The position numbers and the translations under genes were made by a program. Of a DNA stretch of 64,000 nucleotides, positions 26,391-38,150 are shown piece by piece. Source of the DNA: Gracilinanus agilis (taxonomy: Eukaryota); contig NC_058135.1 in assembly GCF_016433145.1 (NCBI RefSeq), positions 126,332,210 through 126,396,209 of the forward strand, read 5' to 3'. Numbering within the stretch: position 1 is the stretch's first letter; every line of letters begins with the position of its first letter. Under the pieces are notes generated by a model. The model did no database searches. It was not told the origin of the DNA and saw only the letters and a program-made list of their open reading frames with translations.

Positions 26391-28479
26391 CTTATTTCAA
26401 AGAGTCTTAGTACAAGATTGGGAATTGTCCTTTCATGGTAGTAAGTTGGGAGGGTGTGAGTCATGGTGACTTTCTTTGGCTGAATTTGTTCATGCAAAAG
26501 GGTATAGATGTGCATGTGTGTATATGTCTGTGTAGCTAGTACCAGATTTTGCAAAGCAACATGCAAATTCATAGAATCTTTTTTAAAACTATACATATAT
26601 AATGCATTATATATGCATACATGTAAATTCATACTCCTTATATAAATACTTCTATTTGCATCCATGTATATGTGTGTGTGTCTGAATTCACATGTACTGT
26701 GAAAAGAAGTACTGTGGTTATAGTGCTATTAAAAGGATAACTTTTCAAAGGAAAACACACCAGGTTAAAAGAAATCATTCCATATCCCCTAAAGAGGCAG
26801 AACAGTAACCGATTAACCAGTTGAAATAACATGTTTTCTTTAGATCCAATTAGAGCAAACTGAAGTTAAATAAATCCTCTTGAATGCACACAGAGTGAGG
26901 AGCCTTTTAATAGAATTAATGCCCCCATGTATTTAGCAGTTGTCTCCTCTCTGCCTCATCGAGGGAGTTGTTCCTTTGTTTAGTGTAAGTAGCAGTGGGA
27001 TCACAGTAAAAGAGATGGCTAGCCCTCTTTGGCTGTCTGCAGAGTAGATTGCCTTAAGAGACATTGAGACCAGCAGAGAAAAAAAAGAAATTACACTGAT
27101 CCAATAGATATACTGCTGAGAGGTTTCTATTATATTCCTACCTCAGACGTTGTACCACCATTAAATTCACACATTCAGGCCCTGGGAATCAGGCCAGCAT
27201 GACAGAGAAGTTGGGCTAAAATGAATCTACTATATTAGTTTTTGTGAGAATGATTAAGCTCGATGGGTTCCAGATCAGTCCTATTTTTCAAACAGTCAAA
27301 GCACTCTGAAGCTAGGCAAATAAAGCCTAATAGAAGAGAGGAGAAGAGAGGAGAAGGGAAGAGAGAGAAGAAGCCAGGAAGAGATAAAATCAAATAGCCA
27401 AGTCAGCGAGCTATTGGAATATCCTATCTCAAAGAGAAAACAACACAAGGTCATTTATTTGGCATAGTAAGAGAAATAAATAAATAAGTGAATGAAAACT
27501 CTGCTAGCAGGCAATTTTTTTTATGTCTTTTAAGGAGACTGCCCATCCCAGAGCATAATTATAATCAGAATTCCTAAAACGTTCCCCAAATTCCTAAAGG
27601 CAATCAGCTCCACTCAAATTAGTAACTCAGATAAATCACCATTAATTAGCTAATATAAGCCAGCAGGTGGTTTTGAGCCCAGAGACATTCCCTAGTTATT
27701 TAAATTATGTATACAACATTACACCAAAGATAGAGTAAGGAAGAGGGGAGCAAGAGATACAAGTCTATAAAAAAACATTTTTTTTTAAAGAAAGAAAAGG
27801 AAAAATCCTGTTTAGGGAGAATGCCCAACTTGAATACAAGGCAGTTTTTTGACACTTTCCTCACCCTACCCCAAGCTTGGATCCTAGCATTCCCCAGCAT
27901 TCCTTTCCCTTCCACCACCCTGATTATGCATGCAGAGAACAAAGATGCAGATGCAGTAGTAGCTCACACGAATATATTTGTTCTAGAAAGTACCAATTAC
28001 TAGAGGATGGGGCCAGAAGGATTCTATTTTGATGCATCATTTCACAGGGCACAGGACAACCTTCCTCATCCTCTTTGTACCCTGTGTTCTTTCATTGGCG
28101 GACTCTAATTTATATGATGAAGGCTCTCTTCCCAGGACATACTAACTAGGTGAACAAGCCTAGCTGTTCCTGTTCCCACCAGCGTTGAATTTTGATATTG
28201 ACGGGACTGAAAGATGGGTTGTTTTCATGACTAGACATTCTGTCCCACCGTGGCTCATCCTCGCAGAGATCACCCAGTTTGTATTTTTAATAAAATGCAG
28301 AAACTTCTCAAGAGGGACAGGGAAAGCTTTGGACTGTCCAATCTTAAGAGCCGCCACCTGATTAATCCATATGTATCCAGATACCCAACTTCATTCCATG
28401 TTTACGAAAACTTCGATAACAAAAATTATTTTTAAAAATTTCACCTTTGGGCAGTTTTTGAGACCACCTTGATGTCATA

Positions 28480-29070
28480 AGGACTACTATAACTCCTATC
28501 ATTTCTAATCCGTATGAGTGCACGGAAATGTATAAATGGTGTTTGATTCATTAGCTTTGCCTAGTAGTAAAATGCCGCCGATTTCATTCAACAAATGCCA
28601 AGTGCCTCCTCGTTGTTAGGTGCCGGGGACTCAGAGCCAGAAAATAAAGGCGACTCCCCTCAATGACTTTCTACTGATGACTGATTCTAATTCCAAAATG
28701 TTTGCTCCTCCTCTCAAAGAGTTGGATTGTAGGAAGGCACGAGACAATTAAATTCCTTTATTCTTCCTATATCAGGAAGTCCACGGATCCGGGTTCCAGT
28801 CCGTTCCAGCCTTAAACGAACCCTAACGACAACTTGTCTTCCCAGCCTGGCCCCTTCCTACCTCACCAGCTCCCTCTGCACCCGCCATCATCGGCCGCCC
28901 CTGAGCTGGCGGCTCTTCCTCAAGCATGGCGCCCCCTTCTCTAGGCTCTGGGACTTGTCACTGCGCCCCTCCTGTAGGAAAAGCGCCCTGGCCCCGCCCC
29001 TTCCGGGACCTTTCTCAGTCAGAGCCCAGCTCTTTCCAAGGCTCATTCTCTGCCGCTTCTTCCCATTGAT
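28480..29070 (-). promoter_or_regulatory. CpG-rich promoter-like segment (left half)
   Basis: High CpG density for this genome. GC box with adjacent ETS core, ggccccgccccttccggg (~28990-29008), upstream of a minus-strand ATG and splice donor. Confidence 0.75.
28867..28927 (-). other. Candidate first coding exon (MLEEEPPAQGRPMMAGAEGA)
   Basis: GGCGCCATG at 28927, open frame, donor CTG|gtgagg; an alternative donor GAG|gtagga lies 5 nt downstream. Sits inside the CpG-rich segment. Confidence 0.4.
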
Positions 29071-29073
29071 GGT

Positions 29074-29075
<2 letters not shown>

Positions 29076-29116
<41 letters not shown>

Positions 29117-30410
29117 TACATGCATCGTGTGTGTACACATATATCACTGTGTGCCTACAATGTCGTGCCTATATCTATATCACCTATAAGAAATACAAGT
29201 ATGGCAGGATTGTGTAAATGTGCATGTGCATGTGTTACATAAAGTTCATTGCATGTGTCCCGTATGCATGTATAATACACGTGTCATATATAGTGTGTAT
29301 ACATTATATAGCATGTAAGCACATATGTGTGCATATGTACAAATATATGATGTGTGGCATGTATAAACATCACGTGTGTGTCTACTATACACGTGTGTCA
29401 TGTATCCAAGTGTAGATGTACATCGTAGTATACACACAGTGTACATGTATAATATGTGTAGGCATGATAGTAGATAAACATACATCACTATACATGTCTA
29501 GTAGATATGCATTTCCTGTGTATATTAGAGTATATATACATTATGGTGCATGCATCGCGTGCATCATATGTTTACATGTATATTATGTATGGTGTGTGAC
29601 ATCATATATGGATACATGTAATATACATCACATATGCATGTACATTGTGTTATAACATTTATCTGTACGTGTATGATATATACATTGTGCATGTATGTCT
29701 GTTATATAATTATATTGTCCTTAATGTGTTATAATATATACCAATCTAATATGCATGTGTAGTACATGTGCACCACATGTACATATAGTGTGATATAATA
29801 TAGACACATATACATGTATATTATATTGTGCACACATGTATATTATGTGTGTATCGCATGCATGTTTATTGTGTATAATAATATACATGTGCATGTATAG
29901 TGTGTCATATACATCTGTTATGTGTGATGTGTGATGTATATGTGTGATGTGTGATGTGTGTAATGTATATAATATACATATGCATGCATGGTGTATGTGT
30001 TGTCTGTTCTATACATCCACATGAATAGCGTATAGTCATCATATATACATGTATATCGTGTGTGGTAATAGGTACACATGTACATGCCTAGTATGTGCAT
30101 CACATGTGCATGCATATCATGTTTGTTGTAATGTATGTGTACAGTGTGTATTCATCATAGATACATGTATAGTAAATTGTATGGTATAGTATGCCTGTGT
30201 GTATATGTCATATATGCATTATATAGTGTGTTCTAATAGATGCATGTATCGTGTAAATATGCACATCACATATGCATATGTTGTATCTACATGTATGTCA
30301 CATAAGCACATATGTATATCCTGTGTGATGTTCTATATGCACCTATCATGTACGTGTATTTTATAGGTGTACCGTGTGTGCATGCCTAGTATCGTGTACA
30401 TGTATGTTGT
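29076..30410. repeat. (TG)n microsatellite followed by ~1.3 kb of low-complexity alternating purine/pyrimidine (TG/CA/TA) sequence
   Basis: Direct inspection. Generates the spurious C/Y/V/H/M-rich ORFs between 29218 and 30115. Confidence 0.95.
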
Positions 30411-30419
30411 TGTGTGTCC

Positions 30420-31110
30420 ATGGTTGCCCCCAGATTTCCGTGTGAGCTCGCCTGGAGCAAGCGTTCCACGGTATCTGGAAGGCACACAGCAAGCTCTTGG
30501 GAAACACTCCTGGCTGCCCCAGGGGTGTCCACACCAGCCCCATCCCGGGCTCTGGAGCCTGCCCTGGCTGTGGGCAGTGGGCTATGGAAGCAGCGGTCTG
30601 GCCCCGCCCCCGGCCACAAGTGCGGCTTCCCAAGAGCCTTCCGCGTTCGCTACGCCCCAGAGCTCCTTGCGGCAGGTACCTCCACATGTATTATCCGGGC
30701 TCCGGAGGCGGAATCTCTCGTGTGGGCTGGGCAGCCCTAAGGATTGGACAAGAGAGCGACCATGAGGACCGCCCAGCCAGGACCCGAGATCCACCCCTTT
30801 GATCCAGCTGTGGGTGCCTCAGTGGGCAAGAGAGCCAGATGCGGGGTCAGGAAGCGCTCCATTCAAATATTTCCCCACACAAGTACTAGCTGTCTGACCT
30901 TAGGCGAGTCACTCGCCATCTGTCTCCGTTTCCGTTTCGTCACCTGTAAAATGCGGATAATAAGAGCACCTACATATTGAGGTGGGAGTTAAAGCAGATG
31001 ATTGACATGGGGCGCTTTTGAAACCTTAAAGCGCGGGTCAGTGGTAGGGAGCTACTACTGTCCTCTCATAAATTAAAAAAATACGTCCTTCAGTGGCCCA
31101 GTGACGGGCA
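30420..31110. promoter_or_regulatory. CpG-rich promoter-like segment (right half)
   Basis: Dense CpG, GC box ggccccgccccc at ~30599, and a CpG-retaining MIR at ~30880-31030. Confidence 0.7.
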
Positions 31111-32249
31111 TGAGAGAAACCTTTTGTGCTGGAAAGGATTGAGAGAAAAGTCATGTACCAAGTAATTCTCCACAAAAATTACAATATTTTAGCATATTTA
31201 CAGGAGGGGTTGACTGCACAGCAAATTAAGACTATTTTAATTTCATGAATTTAAGGGTTTAATATGCTACAGCCTAATCTCTTCATAAATGCAAACCGTG
31301 TAAGTAATGCAATAATGCCAGGCTGATTACAAGAGCTGCATGTAATTGACCAAAGTGTATTTAAAAGTTGGGCCATTTTAATATCTCTCTTTTAAGTACT
31401 ACTCCCTTCTCCTTTAAAAAAAAAAAAAAGCATAAAAGCCAGTCCTGGGATCCCAGGTTGCTCAAAACCTCTTGCCAGGCCCCCTTTGATATCTTTTTTT
31501 TTTGGGGGGGGGGGGCAGGATCTTGTAATAATACCTTGATATCTTTTGGGGGGAAGCTTGTAATAATACTGTGTGAACTGCTGCTGCTCACAAATATTTT
31601 ATTTATAAAATCCTCCTCCCCCAGGGCTAGTATACATGATCTACAAGCTGAAGGCTAGTCCGTAAATTCTGTTCAATCTAGGATACTGAGCTTTCTCTAA
31701 CCTCAGTGATTGAGCCAGGACTTTGGACGTAGTTCACTTCCTAATAATGGAGTCTTCCTCATTTCAATACATACAGGAAAACATCACTTTTCAAATACTG
31801 GGGCTTTTACTGATGTTCTCAGGAGGAAAATATGTGTAGGGTGTGATGTCCCTGTGCCCACACTTAAAGGGATGGCATTCTTGACCAGTATTGAAAGTGG
31901 CACCAAATGAACACTGGCAAGCCCTGGATACTAGTCATTAGGAATAGCCTGGGTCAGGAAGCGCAGTGTCCCTCAGGAGCAGAAGAGGCAGCGGGGTCAG
32001 AGGTGAGAAGAGAGCACGCAAACACTGCAAAGAACCAGAGGTATGTCCTGTGCTGAGATCCAAGAGGCTGAGGCATATTTCGAGGGCTAGAATCTGTGAT
32101 CGTCATCCTAGCAGTCAAAATTTACGTGCCAGGAGTATGATCATTTGTATGGCCCAACTTGATTCCCCAAAGTATCCGGCTTTTTATTGCAGCTACTGGA
32201 ATTCTCTATCCTCCACCCCAACACTCCTGGGGCTAACTCGTTGGCATCA

Positions 32250-33105
32250 TCTCCTGCTTCTTGACTTAGCTATGCTAGAAAGCCAGTTTATTTGGATCAC
32301 AGAGTATGAGAAAAGGAATAACGTCCAGTCAGTTTGGAGAGAGAAGTTGAGGTCAGATTATATGAGAGCCCTTTAAAAGCTAACCAGAAGAGTTTATATT
32401 ATATCCTAGAGGCAATAGGAAGCCACTGGAGTTGGTTGAGGAAGGCAGACATGTACTTAAGGAAAATTATTTTGGCAGCAGGGGGAAAATGAACTGGAGT
32501 GGAGAGAGAGTTGAGGCAAAGAGGAGACTAATCAGGAAGTCATTGCAATAAACTAAGTGAGAGGAGATGAAAGCCTGAACCTTATGATTTGGAGAGAAAA
32601 GGGTGAAATACAAGATATGTTGTGAAGGTACAAGATTTGGTAACTGATTAGAGATTTGACAAGATTATGATCCAGGAAAGTGGTAGACTTGACAGAAGTT
32701 TGGAAGAAAGGAGGGTTAAGGGGAAAAGATTATGAGTTTGGTTTAAGACATAAGCCTAAGACAGTGATTCCCAAAGTGGATGCTACCGCCCCCTGGTGGG
32801 TGGTGCAGCGATCCAGAGGTGCGGTGATGGCCACACTTTTTTGTATTACATTCTAATTCTGAGTTCAATAAATAGTTTCATAATTTCCAGGGGGCGCTAA
32901 GTAATATTTTTTCTGGAAAGGCCAAAAAAGTTTGGGAACCACTGGCCTAAGACATCCCAAAGATTCTGGTTTGACATATCCAAGAGGCAACTGATGATTG
33001 TGTCACTGAACTCAGGGGAGAGCCTGGGTCTGGGTATAAGTCCAGGAGTCATCTGCTTAGAAATGATTGTTAAATCAAAGGCATCTGAGAAGATCCTGTC
33101 TCTAA
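32250..33105 (-). mobile_element. L2 fragment hosting a hAT MITE
   Basis: Purine-rich antisense L2 body continues on both sides of the MITE. Confidence 0.6.
32762..32944. mobile_element. hAT MITE, 183 bp, carrying CTCF-like motifs
   Basis: TIRs CAGTGATTCCCAAA / TTTGGGAACCACTG. Perfect 8-bp TSD gcctaaga (32754-32761 and 32945-32952). Confidence 0.93.
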
Positions 33106-34789
33106 GTCTAGAGCTCTGTGTCCACGGTGCCACCTAGCTGCTAAAACAACTCCATATCTCATATTTAAATAATAAGCTTTTACTGTTTATAATAAATAAA
33201 TGAAGTAGAGTTACAGAACTCCTCCAAAATAGTATTTATTAGACAACTTAATATTTTGCTGTAGTTTTTAAGAACTGTTTGAATAAACACAACAGTGCAG
33301 CCCATTATGGCTAGTAAAAAGAAAGTTATCTGGGGTGTCCAAAGAGCAGGCTTCTCTAAAAATGGAAGAGTTGTCCCTGGTAGTTGAGTCAAGTGAACAA
33401 AAATTTATATTAAGTACCTACTATCTAAAAGGAAGTGTGCTAAACTCTGGGGATGCAAAGAAAGACTACAGAGTTAAGTGTTCTAAAATATAACTTTTTA
33501 GATAGTGAAGATTATGCCCTACACCCTTTAGGAAGTTTCTACCAGACAGCCAAGGCAAAATCCCTATAGAAGAGAGCTATTCCCTAGGACCTGAATGCCC
33601 TTCCCTTTCTAGTCAATTTAGTTTCTGACAGTTGGCCTTTATTTTCTTCACCTATCTATTTCTTCAAAATTTCTTGCAGAAATTCCAAGGTAAAGGACCC
33701 TGGAGGAGCTTCTGCCAGCATTCTCCTCCTCCTCCTCCTCCTTCTTCCTCCTGCCCCACACACAGAGGACTCTTTCCATCTCTAATTTCTCTCTATTCCT
33801 TCATCTTGGAGCATTCCATGTATTAGGCCAAGAATAATGATAATTGTCCCAGAACAAATCTGGAATACATAGCCCAATTTATTTCACCCTACTTCACCAA
33901 CTCCAACACCTTCCCAAGGCCACCCTGAGCCATCAGCATGCCTTGGGCAAAAAAAGGGGAGCTATCTCTGCTCCACCAAAGTCAAACTTTTTTGATGGCA
34001 GCTAGAGGAAATTCACAACTGGTAATGCCCATCCATCCTACCTCCCAACTCAGAGGGAGTAGGTCAGAAGCAGATGTTTGTTTATAGAACCCTGATCAGC
34101 TAATTTGTTGTTGGTTTTGTGTTGTTGTTGTCAAGTCATTTCATTTGGTACAACTCTTCCTGAGACCCCATTTGAGGTTTTCTTGGCAAAAATACTGGAG
34201 TGGTTTGACATTTCTTTCTCCAATGAGCTAATTAGGAATCAGTGAATTCTTTGCCTTCATTCACTTTTTTACTAGCTTTAGTCTCCACTCAATTTATCAT
34301 GTCTAAAATAATTTGTCTCAAATTCTTCCTCATTTGGGAAGAGTCATAACCCCAGTTCCTGTTGTACTTCCTACAGGCAAAGAGAGAAATGTACTAGACC
34401 CTCAGATCCTTAAGTATTAAAATTGATCAAGTTTCCTCTTCCAAATGGTCACACCTTGAAGTGACTCACATTCAAATTCTTCTTGAGATCTCACATTTTC
34501 ATTTCAAGGTCACTTCCCAATTCTTGGTGAGCCAGCTACAGAGTCACGTAACAAAACAACTGGTGGAACATCCCATCTTGAGAAACTCTGAAAATTATTA
34601 GTATTACAGTAGTCATCTCCAGTAGAGTGCATCTCAATCATCCCTTCCCCTATAAACTAGTTCTTCCCATGCTATTTACAAGCATGTTCTGTGCCTCTCA
34701 TTCTTTAAAAAAAAGGGGAGGGGTGGAAAGCACTTCACTAGACCTCATCCTTCAAGTTATCATCCTATATCCCTTCTCCCAACCAATTT

Positions 34790-35515
34790 CCTTGAAAAAG
34801 TTTCTTTGCTTACTGCCTCCACTTACCTTCCTCTCACTAACTCCTCAATCTCTTACACAATCTAGCCTCCAATCTCATTCAACTAAAACTATTCTTTCCA
34901 AAAGGGACAATGATCTCATAATTGCCAACTTTGATGATCTTTTCTTAGTCTTCATCTTCTTTAATCCATCTCCCTGCTACTCTCCTCCAGGTACTCTCTA
35001 GGTTTTCATGACACTGAACTGAGTGTATCTTTCCCCCCTAAAACCTTACCTTCTCTTCAGTCTCCTCTATTTCTGTCAAAGCCACCAACATCTTTCTGGT
35101 CTTCCAGATTCCTAATCTCAACATTATCTTTTCCTCACTCTTCCTCACCCCACATATCCAATCAGTTGCCAAATCTTGTGATTTCAAACCTTCTCAACAT
35201 ATCTCACATCCAACCCTCTTCCCTTATCTCCATTCACACAACTACCACCTTTGTCCAGGCCTTCATCATCTCTCCAAGGTGGTTATAAGTTTCTTAATTG
35301 GTTTCCCTGCTTCAAGGATCTCCCCATTCCAACCCATCCTACTACATACACACTGCTGTCAAAGCAATTAAATGTAGGTCTGATTGTGTAACTTCTTAAC
35401 TAATTTCAATGGTTCTCTATTCCCTCTAGGATAAAATATAAAAACTTCTGTTGAGCTTTTCAAGCTCCATAGTACAATCTGACCCCAATTTATCTTTCCA
35501 TCTTCTTTAAATATC
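34790..35515 (+). mobile_element. L2 fragment
   Basis: Pyrimidine-rich L2 3' region (cacatatccaatcagttgccaaatcttgtgatttc...). Confidence 0.65.
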
Positions 35516-35557
35516 ATTACTGAGTTGGGAAGTCAACAGAAGTCTGGAGCCATAGCA

Positions 35558-36130
35558 ATGGCAGAGACAGACCCCAAAACTGTATAGGGCCTGACCACAG
35601 TGGTTCAAACACTTCTCCAGCAAATGTAGGACAAATTTTAGACCATGTCAGACCAGATAATTGGCCAAATTGATGATATGAGCAGTCACATTGATGATCT
35701 GGAGAAAAACATCACTGACCTAGTGACCCAAGCAGGGGTGGATGAAACAGAAGGGGAAAACAAAATATCTACTACACATAATAAAGATTTTGTTAATCAT
35801 TTAGATTAACTCTTGAAAATGTTTTTCACAAGCCAAGAGGTGAAAGAACAGATTTTCTCAACTAACTACTGTATGCAAACATTTTTTTAATTATAAAGTT
35901 CCTAAAATATATAGTTTAATTAGGTTTCAAGGTGATTTTTTTATTTCTTATATCTGGTAGCTTCAACAATATACCATAAAATGTAAACATTAGTAAACTG
36001 AAATTCTGACTACTCTTGGCTAAAATTTTCAAGAATATTAGTGCATTTTTTCAAGTCATTTGTCATTCCTTTTGTAGTCCTTTTGATTTGATAACAAATT
36101 GCTGCAAGTTTTTTTTAATAAATGTGTTAA
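35558..36130 (+). pseudogene. HSBP1: Processed pseudogene of heat shock factor binding protein 1 (CDS remnant 35558-~35788 plus 3'UTR)
   Basis: Intronless translation [69 protein letters not shown] matches human HSBP1 ([71 protein letters not shown]). Three in-frame TAG stops; 3'UTR-like sequence with AATAAA at 36117-36122. Confidence 0.95.
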
Positions 36131-36538
36131 TTTTTCAACTATTATCAGATTCTTTGTGAACTGAAGCACCTATAGTCAACAGTTCATAATTCTTAGCACA
36201 AAATTACTTTTGTACTCATAACAAATAAATGGTATATTGACCATATTTTTAAAGAAGACAAAAAAATTGAGCATTTTGTATTTGTGTCATTGCTGTTTCT
36301 ATGATTGAGAACTGTACCTAAGAATCTATTGTAAAAAGCCCTAGAAAGGAGCTGAAATTGAATGATTGTAACTACTGCCACTTTTTAATACACTAGAGGA
36401 TTTGGATAGTGACAATAGTATCTCAGTTCCTCTCAGATAACAAGGACAGAAAATAACCTATAAAGATGCATTGCATTCACTGATTGTAATTTCATGTGAT
36501 GTAATACTTCAGTCTTTAGTTATATTAAAAATACTTAC

Positions 36539-36588
36539 TATAAGAACACGAGGAGGTTTTAAAACCCACTTCCTATTTACTTGGGCTA
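36539..36588 (-). other. Candidate exon, 50 nt (xAQVNRKWVLKPPRVLI)
   Basis: Donor ATA|gtaagt, weaker acceptor tttttaaaatcag|. One open frame. Confidence 0.25.
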
Positions 36589-37689
36589 CTGATTTTAAAA
36601 AACATTATCAATTAGAAGAAAAAGCAAGTAGCCATTATGAATCCTTGTATACTGACTGACAAGTGCCCATATTGTAAGCATGGATTTTTTAAAGAAAAAT
36701 TGTGTTTTATTGTTTATCTTTTTTTCTTAACTAAATGCTTGCAGAATAATACTTTTATAATAGATTATAGGTGGAATGGAAAATGCCAAACATTTTCATC
36801 ATGGCATCCCTTTCTTTTTATCAAGAGGTGAGGGACAGAGAGTAGACACCCAGATGATTTTCTCATCAAATTGCTCTTGAATTAAAAAAGCAAAACAAAA
36901 ACAAAATAAAGTCAAGATAAATTGAAGGATGATCTAGAAGTAGAAGGAGCCATTTTTCCTGGAAATGAACTTTTAAGTGAATATTTTGTGATTGTAAGAG
37001 AAATTTTCTGTACCACCAGATAGTTTATTGTATTATTACATAAATGGAATAAAGTTATGAAATTAAAAAACCATTACTCATCCAAATGTCCTCAGGTGCC
37101 CATGGAGAGGGAGAAGGAAATGCCTTTTAAAGATAGGTTTGGAAGATATTCAGAGCTTTTTCAGGATCTCTGTGAGATCCATCCAAATTGGCCTTCTCTC
37201 TGCTCCTTAAATACAGCATTCCATCTATCTCTTCTTTTGCCTTTGTATTGGCTAACCCTCCTACCTATAATGTACTCCCTCCTTACCCAACCCTTATAGG
37301 ATTTCTTTCTTCCTTCAAGATGCAACTCAAACACTATTCTTCTTCATGAAGCCTTTCTTGATTCCCCAATTGATAGAGCCTTTCCTCTCAAAATATCTTA
37401 TATTTAACTATTTGATATGTAGTTTTATTTATGGACTTTATAATTATGATATACACCTGTACTTGTTTACTACATTTGAATGTAATCTCTCTATAGAGAT
37501 TATCTCATTCTTTGAATTTATTATCCCTGGTATCTAGGACAATGCCTAGTATATAATGGGCATTTAATATTTATTGCTTTCTTGCCTGACAGTTCTCAAA
37601 GAGACTTATAGATCAGGGAAATGCTAGAGATCTAAGTTAGTTACATTTTAGGCAAAGCTTTTACCAATGATACTCATGCCATCCTTCTT

Positions 37690-38150
37690 ATGGAAGAGAG
37701 AGAGGGATAAATGATAGTATAGTTAGGTGGATTAAGGTTTGGTTGAAGGGCCAGACCCAAAGAGTAGTAATTAAGGACTTGATATCAGCTTGAAAGATCT
37801 CTAGAGATATGCTCCAGAGATCTGTCTTTAATCCCATTTTATCAATGACTTGGATAAAGGGATATGGCATGCCTTTTGTCATATCTGTAGATGACATAGC
37901 TAGAAGTCATAATTCAAAAAGAACTTGACTGGAACACTGAATTGAATCTAATAAAATGAGATAGAAACAAATGGAACATCTTGTATTTGGTTAAAGTAAT
38001 TAATTTTGCAAGTACAAGATGAAAAAATCCAGGTTAGTTCCTCTGATAAAGGATCTGTATGCTCAAGGTGAGGCTATGGTGTGACTAAGCAACCAAAAAA
38101 AGCCAATGAGATTTCAGGCTACTTCAAAAATGCAAATATCCAGGTAAATA
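37690..38150 (+). mobile_element. L3/CR1 fragment
   Basis: CR1-type RT-derived sequence (atccttttatcaatgacttggataaagggatatggcatgcc...aatgagatttcaggctac). Confidence 0.55.

Noticed and set aside
26243-26665. 140-aa ORF with repeated FQMKQLG, and the 21-bp array as a CRISPR-like repeat
   Set aside because: The peptide repeat is just the tandem 21-mer. There are no spacers or cas genes, and the DNA is mammalian.
28113-28210. ATGATGA...CTGA as a possible box C/D snoRNA
   Set aside because: No convincing terminal stem, no recognisable rRNA guide, and opposite strand to the candidate host transcript.
28867-28891. MAGAEGA matches the UBR7 N-terminus
   Set aside because: The similarity stops after 7 residues at a splice donor, and no UBR-box exons were found.
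29218-30115. Several 65-80 aa Cys/Tyr/Val/His-rich ORFs
   Set aside because: Translations of the low-complexity R/Y tract.
30361-30980. Cluster of overlapping 70-132 aa ORFs on both strands
   Set aside because: Expected in GC-rich, stop-poor island sequence. No homology recognised and only a weak donor (CAG|gtacct).
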